Source: a virus
Taxonomy: Duplodnaviria; Caudoviricetes
DNA: 57,326 nucleotides
Virus record (IMG/VR): IMGVR_UViG_3300045146_000200
Location: 1 to 57,326 of that record
Direction: 5' to 3' (one strand)
The position numbers were made by a program, and so were the translations under genes. Each line of letters begins with the position of its first letter. The stretch's first letter is position 1. The notes beneath the pieces were generated by a model. It saw only the letters and a list, made by a program, of their open reading frames with translations. It was not told the origin of the DNA and did not search any database. Positions 1 through 9,005 of this stretch are shown one piece after another.

Positions 1-166
1 CGTTGCCCTTCGCATCGAAGTTCTTCTTGTCGGCCTTCCAGGTGGTGAATGAGTTGATTCTGTCCTGCCACTCCTTGGCGAGTTGATCCTCCACGGGAGC
101 GGTAGTCGGCGCTTCGGACTTCCCTACGTCAACAGGAATCGCTGCGGAGTTAGCTCTTTTACCCAT
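1..166 (-). CDS. 5' end of a gene cut by the window edge, probably the portal protein
   Basis: Not in the ORF track. ATG at 166 with GGAG upstream, open to the edge (MGKRANSAAIPVDVGKSEAPTTAPVEDQLAKEWQDRINSF...). Portal identity inferred only from position downstream of terminase. Confidence 0.5.
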   Translation of the reverse strand, partial: MGKRANSAAIPVDVGKSEAPTTAPVEDQLAKEWQDRINSFTTWKADKKNFDAKGN

Positions 167-813
167 CTGGGTGTCTCCACATGGAGTGATGTGCCATCCG
201 CGGCTCGAAGGGCCTGTTCCAGGCGTTCAAGCCGCGCCGTCTTTATCGCCTGCCGGATTGCGAACCTCACGGCCGCAAACGCATGCAGGGGGCGCACCCA
301 GATATACTCCGCTAACCTGCCATCCTCGGCCAACCGGGTGATCATGATCTGGTGATGACAGGTCTTGCAGGCCAAAATGTCATAGCACGTTACAAGCCTT
401 CCGTCAATCTCGAAGGGGGCGACCTGGCTCAGGATCATCGCTCGCTTCGTCGTCCAAAGGAACTGCGCACGGCGCTTCTTGAACCGTTCCCTCCACCCCC
501 GGAATCGAGTGAAATTCCTCGCGATGGAGAAGGTCGCCCGCATCGTGACGATCTTCTTTCTGCCATCCTTCGCTGGCCACAGAAACGAGTACTCTCGGCA
601 CATTCTGCTTCCGACTCGAAGCCATCGTTCCTTGGCGTGATACCGGATCTCGCGGCCGTATCTGCATACCGCGCAGAAGGACATGCTCCGCTTCGGCATC
701 TTCGGTATGTGGAACATGGAGACCTCGCCAGGAATGATGTGAACGAGCCAGGGTTGCTCCTGGTAGATCCGCTCCATGGCACGGCGATACCCACCGAATC
801 GGAAGCCGGACAT
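124..813 (-). CDS. Hypothetical basic protein with two CxxC motifs
   Basis: Longest ORF between terminase and putative portal; CAVC and CKTC motifs; start uncertain. Confidence 0.55.
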   Translation of the reverse strand: MSGFRFGGYRRAMERIYQEQPWLVHIIPGEVSMFHIPKMPKRSMSFCAVCRYGREIRYHAKERWLRVGSRMCREYSFLWPAKDGRKKIVTMRATFSIARNFTRFRGWRERFKKRRAQFLWTTKRAMILSQVAPFEIDGRLVTCYDILACKTCHHQIMITRLAEDGRLAEYIWVRPLHAFAAVRFAIRQAIKTARLERLEQALRAADGTSLHVETPRWVKELTPQRFLLT

Positions 814-889
814 GGCGCATTCGGCTTCGTGATCTGCCGATTTCCACGGCTTTGAGTGGCCTCGGGATCTCGTTCGGCTGATGACATTT

Positions 890-2611
890 TTAGTAATCCG
901 TAGCATCCACGAGGTCCTCACCGATGAAATCGCCGCGTGCCTGCCCTCGCTCGTACTCGTCCATCATAGCGCCGACGCTCATTGGGTCCCTGTCCGCTTC
1001 CTGGACCTCCGTATAGGTTTCCTTGAGGGCCATCAAATAATGAAATGTGTCCACACTATGCGCGCCCTGAGCCGATCCCTTGTCGAATCCAGGCTTGGCC
1101 AGACCCTTCATGGGGCCACTGCGATACTCGTCTCGCTTGTACAGGGGCAACGTGGCCATGAGTTCCCCACATCCCCTGGAAATGAGGAACGGTTGCAAAA
1201 CCTTCCCTATCTGCGGAAACAGCCTCGGCTCCATCTCCTTTTGCACGATAGGGACGGAGTTCTCTGCACCAGTCACCTTGCGCATTGGAACTTCACCCAT
1301 AGCCATCAGGAGCCGATTCGCCAATCGGTAGGCGTTGAATACCTCGTACTTGGCGTCTAGGACGACCTTGATATCCTCGCTCATGGATCTGTCCACGACG
1401 CGCAGTTTGACCCGGTTGATCCCCCACATGCGCTCGCGTTCGATCATGTTGGCGATAATGCGTTCGACGTGGCCGGTGAATATGGCCTCATCGAAGAAGA
1501 TGCGCTGGTTGAACGGGGTGATCGCCATCCACATGACCCGGGTGGGTTCGTTCGTGTGGAAGTCCATGGCCGAGACCACTTCCCAGGACTTATCGAAGTC
1601 TTCCCGGTTCAGGTCGATGAAGATGTCCTGGCGCTTGGCGATGTCCGGGTATGCCGCGCCGGCAACGAAGACGAAGATGCCCTTCTCTCTGGCTTCGCGC
1701 TCGGCAGGAGGGCATCCATCGAGAAGGCGCTGAATAGCCCCTCGCGTGAGTACTCCATTATTCTCGACGGAGTTAGCCCAGATATCCGCCTCGTGTACGG
1801 CAATATCGGGATGCTGCCCATCCTTTGACTTCAAGTAGATTTCCCGATACATCCAAGGCTCGGACAGGGGTGTCGCCGTGATGAAGAACTGGCCGTTGTT
1901 CTTCATCAGCCCTCGGAGTGTGCCGGTAAAGTGCGGGAGCTTCGGGGGTTCGTCCGCCCACGCCCAGTGAAGCACGACCCCTTCCACCACGTCATCGTCC
2001 TGTTCCTTTGTCACCACGTCAAAGGATGACCCGGTCGGCATGTACCGAGCCGCGGTGATGTATCCCTGCGGTCTTTGGATCTCCCAGTACTCTCCATCCG
2101 ACTTGTCGTCGTAGGGCCAATGCGGAAGCCACTGGCGGAACTTCGGCAAAAGGTCTTCGTGGAACTTGCGCTGTGCCTTGACGAAGATTCGGCCAATGTT
2201 CGGGGTCCTGAACCGGAAATGCGGAGGCCACTTGTCCGGGTAGTCCCCGGTAATGAAGCAAGCCACCTTGATCGTGCCCCCAACCGTCTTACCTGTCTGG
2301 TTCGCATAGAACGCCGCGCTGATATGTGCAGGGCAAAAAAGGAATTCCTCCTGGTACTTGCGGATGTGAGGGTCTTCCCAGAGGAGGAATCGGTTGTGGA
2401 GCATGTCCCCGGTGATCTTCTGCGCTATGCCACGCGGGCGAGTCCGCATGTAGGCGGAGAGGCTGCCCGGCTGGATCATCTCGATCTTGTTCAGGTATCG
2501 GAGAAGGTACCTGTAGTTCCCGCCGCGCATAGTGCCGTAGCACTCGGGGCAGAGTCTATACCCGTTGGCGTCGTCTTCGGCGGCAATGTGACAGAGGAGA
2601 CATGCGGACAT
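890..2611 (-). CDS. terL: Terminase large subunit
   Basis: Walker A-like ANQTGKT, Walker B WAWADEPP, coupling motif ITATP, nuclease acidic motifs MDFH and HSVDTFHY; N-terminal CxxC...CxxC extension. Confidence 0.93.
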   Translation of the reverse strand: MSACLLCHIAAEDDANGYRLCPECYGTMRGGNYRYLLRYLNKIEMIQPGSLSAYMRTRPRGIAQKITGDMLHNRFLLWEDPHIRKYQEEFLFCPAHISAAFYANQTGKTVGGTIKVACFITGDYPDKWPPHFRFRTPNIGRIFVKAQRKFHEDLLPKFRQWLPHWPYDDKSDGEYWEIQRPQGYITAARYMPTGSSFDVVTKEQDDDVVEGVVLHWAWADEPPKLPHFTGTLRGLMKNNGQFFITATPLSEPWMYREIYLKSKDGQHPDIAVHEADIWANSVENNGVLTRGAIQRLLDGCPPAEREAREKGIFVFVAGAAYPDIAKRQDIFIDLNREDFDKSWEVVSAMDFHTNEPTRVMWMAITPFNQRIFFDEAIFTGHVERIIANMIERERMWGINRVKLRVVDRSMSEDIKVVLDAKYEVFNAYRLANRLLMAMGEVPMRKVTGAENSVPIVQKEMEPRLFPQIGKVLQPFLISRGCGELMATLPLYKRDEYRSGPMKGLAKPGFDKGSAQGAHSVDTFHYLMALKETYTEVQEADRDPMSVGAMMDEYERGQARGDFIGEDLVDATDY

Positions 2612-2614
2612 AGT

Positions 2615-2869
2615 TCATTTTGCTATAGACAGGTAGTGCGCCCGAAACGTCTTGGCGAACTCCCCTGGTCTTCGCTGAAGCTCGATTGCCAACTTCCGCA
2701 GCCACGCGACGATGGCCTTCCGTTGCTTCGGGGTCATGTCAGCGACTCCACGCACCATCACCGATGCTACAACTTTGTAGTCTGTATTCCTCATGCAAGT
2801 GATCCTCTTACCTAGTTCCAGTATAGGTTCAACAAAGCCATGCAGCGGACTACCGCCGCTGATGCTCAC
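2615..2869 (-). CDS. Small hypothetical protein
   Basis: Fills gap in tightly packed minus-strand operon; alternative start at 2794. Confidence 0.5.
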   Translation of the reverse strand: MSISGGSPLHGFVEPILELGKRITCMRNTDYKVVASVMVRGVADMTPKQRKAIVAWLRKLAIELQRRPGEFAKTFRAHYLSIAK

Positions 2870-2880
2870 CGTTCGGCTCC

Positions 2881-3372
2881 TTACCTCCCCTGCGCGTATC
2901 GTGCTGCGGCCGAAGGGGACATCTTGACCATGCCCGTGCCAGGAATCTGGACCGAGACCATTTCAGCCGGCCCCCCTTGCACTTCCTGTTGCTGTGCCTG
3001 GACCTGCTTCTTCATGGCCGTCTGACCGGCCTGCACGACCTGCATCTTCGTCGGCGCACCTGGCTTCACAGCAACCATTGCCCGGACCTGGTTCTCCAGG
3101 TTCGTCAGGCGCTGGTTCAACTCTACCACCCACTGCCCCAGTTCGAGTATCCTGGCGTCAGAAAGGTCCTGCCGGTGAAGCCTCTGGATGCAGTCGGAAA
3201 CCTGGATGACCTGCTCGACGGTATGCTCCGTGTTCGTATCGAAAAGGAGATTCATCAGGCGGAGTTGCGCCGCACGAAGGGGCGACATCTCCTGGTCTTG
3301 TGGGGGCGACGCTTCCTGTCCCAACTCTTCGGTAGGCTCCACATCATCACCGACAACCTGTTCGTCACTCAT
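2881..3372 (-). CDS. Hypothetical coiled-coil, Gln-rich protein
   Basis: GAGGGAG before MSDEQ; overlaps upstream stop. Confidence 0.7.
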   Translation of the reverse strand: MSDEQVVGDDVEPTEELGQEASPPQDQEMSPLRAAQLRLMNLLFDTNTEHTVEQVIQVSDCIQRLHRQDLSDARILELGQWVVELNQRLTNLENQVRAMVAVKPGAPTKMQVVQAGQTAMKKQVQAQQQEVQGGPAEMVSVQIPGTGMVKMSPSAAARYAQGR

Positions 3373-3742
3373 TGCTCCCTCCTCTGAGTGCTTGTGGCAG
3401 ATACAACTTGAGATCGTCAACCTGGTTTCGGACCGTCTTGGAGTCCATGATGGCATCAGATTCCACGCCGGTCCAGTCGCTCACCCCCCAACGAAACACC
3501 TTCGATGCTATTTCCATGGCCCGAATCTTGATAGCCGGGTCGGCGCATTGGAGTCCGTCCTTGACGGCTTGGATAAGTTCCGATGACGGTAATTCCTCTT
3601 TCGCCAGTTCGGCCAGTTCCAAAATCCTCTCCCGAGACAGATTGCGCAATGTAATCGACGCGCGCTCCAGAGCGCGTTCGTCGCTGGACAGGGACGCATC
3701 GTCGTCCGGCTTTCCGAGTCCCACCGGGAGATCGTTGCTCAT
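3365..3742 (-). CDS. Hypothetical helical protein, possible terminase small subunit
   Basis: 125 aa, helical character, upstream of terL, ATGA-coupled to previous gene. Confidence 0.45.
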   Translation of the reverse strand: MSNDLPVGLGKPDDDASLSSDERALERASITLRNLSRERILELAELAKEELPSSELIQAVKDGLQCADPAIKIRAMEIASKVFRWGVSDWTGVESDAIMDSKTVRNQVDDLKLYLPQALRGGSNE

Positions 3743-3891
3743 TTCCCCTTCTTGGCGAAATCTCTGGCCTGCTTGAGGGTCAAGGATTGCATCGCCCGGC
3801 GAGCTTTGCCGGAGGACAATCGCTTGTGTCCCTTCTTCGCTCCGTAGATCATGCCCATAAACCGGCGTTGCTTCTCGCTTTTTGCTGGCAT
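3739..3891 (-). CDS. Small basic protein, DUF3008-like
   Basis: MPAKSEKQRRFM...QARDFAK signature; GAGGAGG RBS. Confidence 0.7.
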   Translation of the reverse strand: MPAKSEKQRRFMGMIYGAKKGHKRLSSGKARRAMQSLTLKQARDFAKKGK

Positions 3892-3905
3892 GTGGTGTAC
3901 CTCCT

Positions 3906-3947
3906 CGCGCAAAACATTAGCATTGCCAGGAACTTTCCGCAACCTTG
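3906..3947 (-). promoter_or_regulatory. Sigma70-like promoter for the leftward terminase operon
   Basis: Minus strand TTGCGG-17 nt-TAATGT with extended -10 TG. Confidence 0.4.
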
Positions 3948-3976
3948 TTGAAAAAAATAACCGGCTATCCTATCCT
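3948..3976 (+). promoter_or_regulatory. Sigma70-like promoter for the TylF-GmhA-CysC operon
   Basis: TTGAAA(3948-53)-17 nt-TATCCT(3971-76). Confidence 0.6.
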
Positions 3977-3983
3977 TTTGCGC

Positions 3984-4094
3984 GTGGCGAGGGTCCCGCA
4001 ACGAGAGGGGTCCGTCACTAAGACGTATCATCTGAGGGTGTCCCGGGACTAGACCATCAGAAGACCCGGCGATCTGGTCGGGAACCCTCGCCAC
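3984..4094 (+). ncRNA. Candidate structured 5' leader RNA
   Basis: GTGGCGAGGGTCCCG (3984-98) pairs with CGGGAACCCTCGCCAC (4079-94) and encloses smaller stems; starts at the predicted +1. Confidence 0.5.
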
Positions 4095-4116
4095 CCGTTA
4101 TTCATGGGAGCAGCAC

Positions 4117-4710
4117 ATGGAGTTGAGGACTGCACTCTGCCTGAGATACCTGGACAAGATGTTGGAGTTCCCCGTAGCGAAGAATGGCGGGGACTTGATT
4201 GAATGCGGGGTAGGATGCGGCGTTACATCCTTCGCCATGGCTCAATGGATTCTGAAGCGCCAGCAGAATCGCCGCCTCTATTCCTGCGACACCTTCGCAG
4301 GTCTCCCCTATACCGACGAGGCATCTACAGCCGGAGTGACGAAAAGCGATCTCGCCGTAGGGGAATGCGGCGGGATGACTCTCGGTGACTTTGATAAGCA
4401 ACTCATCACGCGTGGCATCCGATCCGTTGTCGTGCCAGTCCCCGGGCTATTCGAGGATACGCTGGAGCCCATATTGTGTGACAAGAAGTTCGCATTCGCG
4501 TGGGTAGATGCGGACTTGCAATTTTCCACCGAGGTCGCTTTCCGGTTTCTCCATCCCCGGTTGGTGCCGAACGCCATCATCGGTTTTCACGACTATGGGT
4601 TCGTCCGGTGTCCGGGCATTAAGATTGTCGTCGATGGGGAAGTGCGCCCCTTGGGGTACAAGGAACTTCACTGCGAAGGCGACTGCATTTTTTTCCTGAG
4701 GGTATCCTGA
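4117..4710 (+). CDS. TylF/MycF/NovP-family SAM-dependent O-methyltransferase
   Basis: IECGV, DTFAGLP, VPGLFEDTL, AWVDAD, GFHDY motifs. Confidence 0.88.
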   Translation: MELRTALCLRYLDKMLEFPVAKNGGDLIECGVGCGVTSFAMAQWILKRQQNRRLYSCDTFAGLPYTDEASTAGVTKSDLAVGECGGMTLGDFDKQLITRGIRSVVVPVPGLFEDTLEPILCDKKFAFAWVDADLQFSTEVAFRFLHPRLVPNAIIGFHDYGFVRCPGIKIVVDGEVRPLGYKELHCEGDCIFFLRVS

Positions 4711-5303
4711 TGCCAGAATCCAAATTCGTCGCGCTGCATGACACGCCAGACATCTACGGATACATCGAGGCGTACAAGGATCGCACTTACGTCGCCTTGA
4801 ATTCCATCCCAAGAGAACCGGTTGCCAATGCAATCCGTGTCATCGAAGACCTCCGGTTGTGCGGGTGGGTTTTCACCTGCGGGAACGGTGGAAGCCACTC
4901 GATAGCGTCCCATCTTGCCGAGGACCTTCTGAAGTGCAGCAAGGCTGATAAGGGGCCGCGAGCCTTTTGTCTTGGCGATGCGGCTCCTACCGTCATGGCC
5001 ATCGCCAACGATATCTCCTACGACGAGATTTTCGCGTACCAGATGGAGCGGATTGACCCTGCCGATGGGTGTCTTGTGGCCTTCAGCGGAAGCGGCAACA
5101 GCAAGAATATCATCCGAGCCGCAGAGAAAGCTAAGGAGCTTGAACTCGTTTCCATTGGCGTCACTACTATCTGCGGCGGGAAGTTGAAAGACCTGGTGGA
5201 CATACCCATTTGCATTGCCAGCGCGAACATGGCGGCACTGGAAGATGCGTTCCAAGTCGTGGCACATATGATCGCCTACTCGTTCATCGAGGACGCCCCG
5301 TGA
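4710..5303 (+). CDS. gmhA: Sedoheptulose-7-phosphate isomerase (SIS domain)
   Basis: CGNGGSHS, ANDISYDEIF, SGSGNSKNI, ED...H motifs. Confidence 0.88.
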   Translation: MPESKFVALHDTPDIYGYIEAYKDRTYVALNSIPREPVANAIRVIEDLRLCGWVFTCGNGGSHSIASHLAEDLLKCSKADKGPRAFCLGDAAPTVMAIANDISYDEIFAYQMERIDPADGCLVAFSGSGNSKNIIRAAEKAKELELVSIGVTTICGGKLKDLVDIPICIASANMAALEDAFQVVAHMIAYSFIEDAP

Positions 5304-5824
5304 CAACCAAGGTCTACTGGATCACCGGCCTGCCAAGCTCTGGCAAGAGCACGATGGCGATGAAGCTCTTCAACGTCATCAGCGATGAACGCACCCCATG
5401 CGTCATTCTCGATGGGGACGACTTCCGGAAGTACGTCTCATCCGATTGCGATTTCAGCGTTCAAGGTAGGCGAGAGAATCTGCGCAGGGCGGCAGGTGTG
5501 GCTAGCATGCTCCGGGGGCAGGGATTCAACGTGATCTGTTGCTTCGTCTCGCCCGAGCGAAAGATGCGTCGATACATCAAGATGATTATCGGGGAGCCCA
5601 ACTTCGTAGAGATTTACCTGCGGGTAGATGCGGAACTGTGCCGAATGACAGACGTGAAGGGGAACTGGATGAAGGCCGACCTCGGCTTCCTGAAGGACTT
5701 CACCGGGAAGGACGCGGAGTATGAACAGCCGTTGCCCGGGGAGGCGAAGTACGTGTTCACGAGGACTGAGGACTTGGACAAGTTCGTGGCGCGTGTGGCG
5801 ACCGAGACCTGTCAGAAAAGCTAG
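5300..5824 (+). CDS. cysC: Adenylyl-sulfate (APS) kinase
   Basis: WITGLPSSGKST P-loop, LDGDDFR, FS..GRRENLRR, FVSP, FTGKDAEYEQP; GTG start overlaps gmhA stop. Confidence 0.92.
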   Translation: MTTKVYWITGLPSSGKSTMAMKLFNVISDERTPCVILDGDDFRKYVSSDCDFSVQGRRENLRRAAGVASMLRGQGFNVICCFVSPERKMRRYIKMIIGEPNFVEIYLRVDAELCRMTDVKGNWMKADLGFLKDFTGKDAEYEQPLPGEAKYVFTRTEDLDKFVARVATETCQKS

Positions 5825-5961
5825 GACCATAAAGAAACCCGGCTGGTTCGGTTATTCCTGCGCCGGGGACAGGTTGAGGAATGGAATTGTTACGCCCGCG
5901 GATCAACGGCACTCGAACCATTACCTCCCCGCAGTCGCGTCACACTATGGACATTTGTGAG

Positions 5962-6426
5962 TCATACTGGGCAGCCATATTCATGGCACCCGACCAGGTT
6001 GCACAATGCGCCATGGCACAACAACAGGTCGCGGGGTTTCGTCAGGTATATGCGGGCCATCATGCACGCCACCTCAAATGTGTTCTGGCTGTGATCCTGT
6101 GACACCCCAGGAACCAGCCTGTATTGTTCAGTATTTGAAAGCCTACGGAATGTTGATACCGCGGCAGGGTCTTTCAGCGCATCAGCAATCACGACCGCCT
6201 GTTCGCAGACAAACAACTCATACGCCTCATACCTCCATCGCCAACTGCGGGGATTACGATCCCGAAACGCGACCAACCGCGCGCTGAATGGCTCTGGTAA
6301 CGCCTGTATCCGGCGAGTATAGCCTTCCTCCAAGAGATAGTACTCCTTGCGGCGTTCATCATCGAATCTTGCCGCATCTTCTTTCTCGCTGATCTTCTGT
6401 TCGTCCGGTGTCGTGTTAGGGTTCAT
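5962..6426 (-). CDS. Hypothetical protein
   Basis: ATGA-coupled to the recombinase; C-terminal HGALCNLVGCHEYGC. Confidence 0.7.
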   Translation of the reverse strand: MNPNTTPDEQKISEKEDAARFDDERRKEYYLLEEGYTRRIQALPEPFSARLVAFRDRNPRSWRWRYEAYELFVCEQAVVIADALKDPAAVSTFRRLSNTEQYRLVPGVSQDHSQNTFEVACMMARIYLTKPRDLLLCHGALCNLVGCHEYGCPV

Positions 6427-7475
6427 ATCAGAGACCCCTGCTTTGTAGCCGGTGCCTTCCTGGGGGGCGTGTTCTTCAGGACGAGTCGGCTGATGGACTG
6501 CTTAAGGTAGTCCATCAGCTCCGCGATTTCCGGGGCGGTCAGGTTCGCTGCCCGTCCAGTCTTCTTTTCGAGCATCTCCTTGATCGCCGCGAGGCCAGCG
6601 GCGTCCTTGCCGTCCACGCAGGTCTGAATATCCGCGTCAATCTGCATCATGTCATCGGACGTGAGGGATGACTCGGGCTCAGGCTCTGGCGGCTTTGTCT
6701 CCTGAGTCTCTTGGGCCTCCGGTTTGGGCGGAGAGATTGGTTCTCCGGGTTCGGTGTGGTCCTCGACATTCCCGGGTTCAACGTGAACCTCGGGGATCTC
6801 GGGGGCGTGTGATGCGGGAAGAACCGAGACCGAGACCGCGCCTTGCGCCGGGACCTTGATATCCTGAAGTTCCTCTGCGATGCCGACCCCCTTCAGCACG
6901 TCCGCAAAGCAGTCTCGGATGGCGAAGGATCTGGCCCGCATCTGGAGCATCCTGCCCCAGTACTCGTTCCATGGGCCACTTTTGCTCCAGAGTTGGGCAT
7001 TCTTCGCGGCCTTGACGCTGAATTTTCTAGCCATCCATTCCTGGCCACGCCGCTTCAACCGGCAGACTGCCTTCAGATTGTCAGGAGCGGACGCTTTCTC
7101 TTCCGGCACGTCTTCGATTCTCTTGTCCCCGATCTCGTAGTACTCCTCGATGGCCTCGAAGGAATCCGATGCCCGGACAAGAGCCAGCGCCATATCCCCG
7201 AACACGGCTGGGCGACCGTTCACCACTGCGATATTCTGGACGGCCTGCATGGGCTTTAGGCCAAGTTCCATGCCGCACTGCATGGCCACCATGACCGTCT
7301 CTTGGGTGAACCCCTTGGGACAGATACCGGACTTGACCACCGCGCCAGAAAACCTCCACATCTCGTCCATGGTGGCGAGTTGGAGTCCGTAATTCCCGGT
7401 GGCAATCGCGCGCTTTTGAGTTGGGGCAAGTGCCGTTTCGGGTGTCGTCTTGTACTCACTCTGAGTTTCTGACAT
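6423..7475 (-). CDS. RecT-like single-strand annealing protein
   Basis: GMELGLKPMQAVQNIAVVNGRP and WNEYWGRMLQMRARSFAIRDCFADVLKG; TGATG coupling with upstream nuclease. Confidence 0.85.
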   Translation of the reverse strand: MSETQSEYKTTPETALAPTQKRAIATGNYGLQLATMDEMWRFSGAVVKSGICPKGFTQETVMVAMQCGMELGLKPMQAVQNIAVVNGRPAVFGDMALALVRASDSFEAIEEYYEIGDKRIEDVPEEKASAPDNLKAVCRLKRRGQEWMARKFSVKAAKNAQLWSKSGPWNEYWGRMLQMRARSFAIRDCFADVLKGVGIAEELQDIKVPAQGAVSVSVLPASHAPEIPEVHVEPGNVEDHTEPGEPISPPKPEAQETQETKPPEPEPESSLTSDDMMQIDADIQTCVDGKDAAGLAAIKEMLEKKTGRAANLTAPEIAELMDYLKQSISRLVLKNTPPRKAPATKQGSLI

Positions 7476-8332
7476 CAAAAAAGCTCCTTCTGTTGGGGGA
7501 CGGAAACTCTCTTGCGGAAGTACGGGCATGACCCGTCTCTCGCAAATCCGCAATACTTCTCGCAACAAATCCAGTGCTCGTCGTTGGCCGGGAGAAATAC
7601 CTCGGCCTCAATCGCTCTGATTGCCGCACCGATCTTCGCCAGGATAACGTTGATATCCTCCTGGCTCCGGTCCGATACCTGCATGTCATAGACCGGCCCA
7701 GACTTCAGGCCGACAATCGTATCGAGCGCAACAGCGGTCGGCATCTTTCCGCAAATCACATTGTACGCGAGGGTGTACATGCTGAGTTGCTGGTCATTGA
7801 CTACTTTCCCGGCCTGCGGTCTACGTCCTGCCGTCTTGAGGTCTCGGATGACGCCGGATTCCTCGACCACGTCCATGCGTCCAGCGATCTTGTACGGCAG
7901 GTCGTTCATGGTCAATACCCAAGGCCATTCGATGCCCGGGTGGCCGCCAGGAAGTTCCTTGGCCGGATTGATTGCTGGTGCAATCTCCTCGGCATGGCAG
8001 ACGCACATGCCCACGGCCTTGTCCACGACTTCCCCCTGGGCTTTCGCTGGCGTCTTACCTTCTTCGGGATCGATGTAGACCCCGGATTCCATCTCGTTTT
8101 TCTCCCACGTCTCGTTCACGGTCTGGGCGGCGGCATCCTTCACGTCGTCACCTTTTAGGATCGTATCTGCCAACTTCGCTCGAAGCGTGTTGGCGGCGAC
8201 GACATGAACTGACGTGCCGAGGATGAGTGCCGCGCTGGACGGCTCCTTGTCCCCGCAGATGTATCGGCGGCGATATTTCTCGCCGCACATGAACATCAGT
8301 TCCAAGTGTGAGTTGTGTATGGTTTGGTTCAT
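7475..8332 (-). CDS. Cas4/RecB-like PD-(D/E)XK exonuclease
   Basis: GTSVH, GRMDVV, DLKT, QLSMY; one N-terminal Cys plus a C-terminal Cys cluster in an Fe-S-type arrangement. Confidence 0.88.
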   Translation of the reverse strand: MNQTIHNSHLELMFMCGEKYRRRYICGDKEPSSAALILGTSVHVVAANTLRAKLADTILKGDDVKDAAAQTVNETWEKNEMESGVYIDPEEGKTPAKAQGEVVDKAVGMCVCHAEEIAPAINPAKELPGGHPGIEWPWVLTMNDLPYKIAGRMDVVEESGVIRDLKTAGRRPQAGKVVNDQQLSMYTLAYNVICGKMPTAVALDTIVGLKSGPVYDMQVSDRSQEDINVILAKIGAAIRAIEAEVFLPANDEHWICCEKYCGFARDGSCPYFRKRVSVPQQKELF

Positions 8333-8339
8333 GCGTGGC

Positions 8340-8427
8340 ATCCTATCACAGTTGCGATTCGATTTCAACACAAATTGCATGAAATTGCAAAAAATCACTT
8401 GAAATCGATTCCGTGGTGTGCTATCAT
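8340..8427. promoter_or_regulatory. Divergent sigma70 promoter pair
   Basis: Minus TTGAAA-17-TAGGAT (8368-8340); plus TTGAAA-17-TATCAT (8399-8427); TTGCA-N6-TGCAA dyad between them. Confidence 0.7.
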
Positions 8428-8471
8428 CCCGTCCTATTGGCTGTGGCATATCACCCTGGCGGAAGTGAATC

Positions 8472-8789
8472 GTGAGCCCATTCGCACAGCGAGCCTACGA
8501 GAAGATTCGAGCGCAGATCCTGCACGAGCGAGTCAATCCACCTGACCCGCACAAGTTCTCCGTGGCGTATCGCATGAAGGTCGTAGACGTCGCCCCGTTC
8601 GGTATGCCATCCAGCCTGCGGGGGGTGATAGAGGATTGTTATGTCGGGCGATTCGCATACCGACCTTGTATGCGATGCCACAAGTTGATCTGGACTGTCC
8701 CCGAGGTCCGCACCTGTGCGAGATGTCAGAACAGTAATCGGCTCATTCATGGTAAACCGGCGCGGCTGGTCGGGACGGCAGAGGAGTAG
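8472..8789 (+). CDS. Hypothetical zinc-ribbon protein
   Basis: CMRC...CARC. Confidence 0.65.
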   Translation: MSPFAQRAYEKIRAQILHERVNPPDPHKFSVAYRMKVVDVAPFGMPSSLRGVIEDCYVGRFAYRPCMRCHKLIWTVPEVRTCARCQNSNRLIHGKPARLVGTAEE

Positions 8790-8792
8790 CGT

Positions 8793-9005
8793 ATGTTCTG
8801 GGGGGAGATCAAAGACGAGGAGATGGCGATGCTGAAGGCTCTCTTGACGGAGGCCGCGTGCCGCATCTATGAGTCGGCTGGAAGGCCAACAAGAGAGACC
8901 GGCGCTTTCTACCATCACCTCGGCATGGTAACGGCGGCGGAGATTGTTCGGGGCATCGCTCGCAATTCGGATGAGATCCGCAAGATTTTGAGGAGTGCAA
9001 AATGA
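8793..9005 (+). CDS. Hypothetical protein
   Basis: GAGGAG RBS; coupled to next gene. Confidence 0.6.
   Translation: MFWGEIKDEEMAMLKALLTEAACRIYESAGRPTRETGAFYHHLGMVTAAEIVRGIARNSDEIRKILRSAK

Noticed and set aside
3984-4115. SRP RNA or SAM-I riboswitch identity for the leader
   Set aside because: Only fragments (GGGTCCCG, GCAAC, AGCAG) match; the SRP domain IV loop and SAM-I core are not in the correct arrangement.
4117-5824. Metabolic genes as bacterial contamination or misassembly
   Set aside because: The operon sits between phage modules with similar composition, and related genes elsewhere are translationally coupled to typical phage ORFs; read-level confirmation is still advisable.
7475-8332. 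Cas4-like nuclease as evidence of a CRISPR-Cas system
   Set aside because: No repeat-spacer array or other cas gene; it is coupled to a RecT-like gene as in phage recombination modules.
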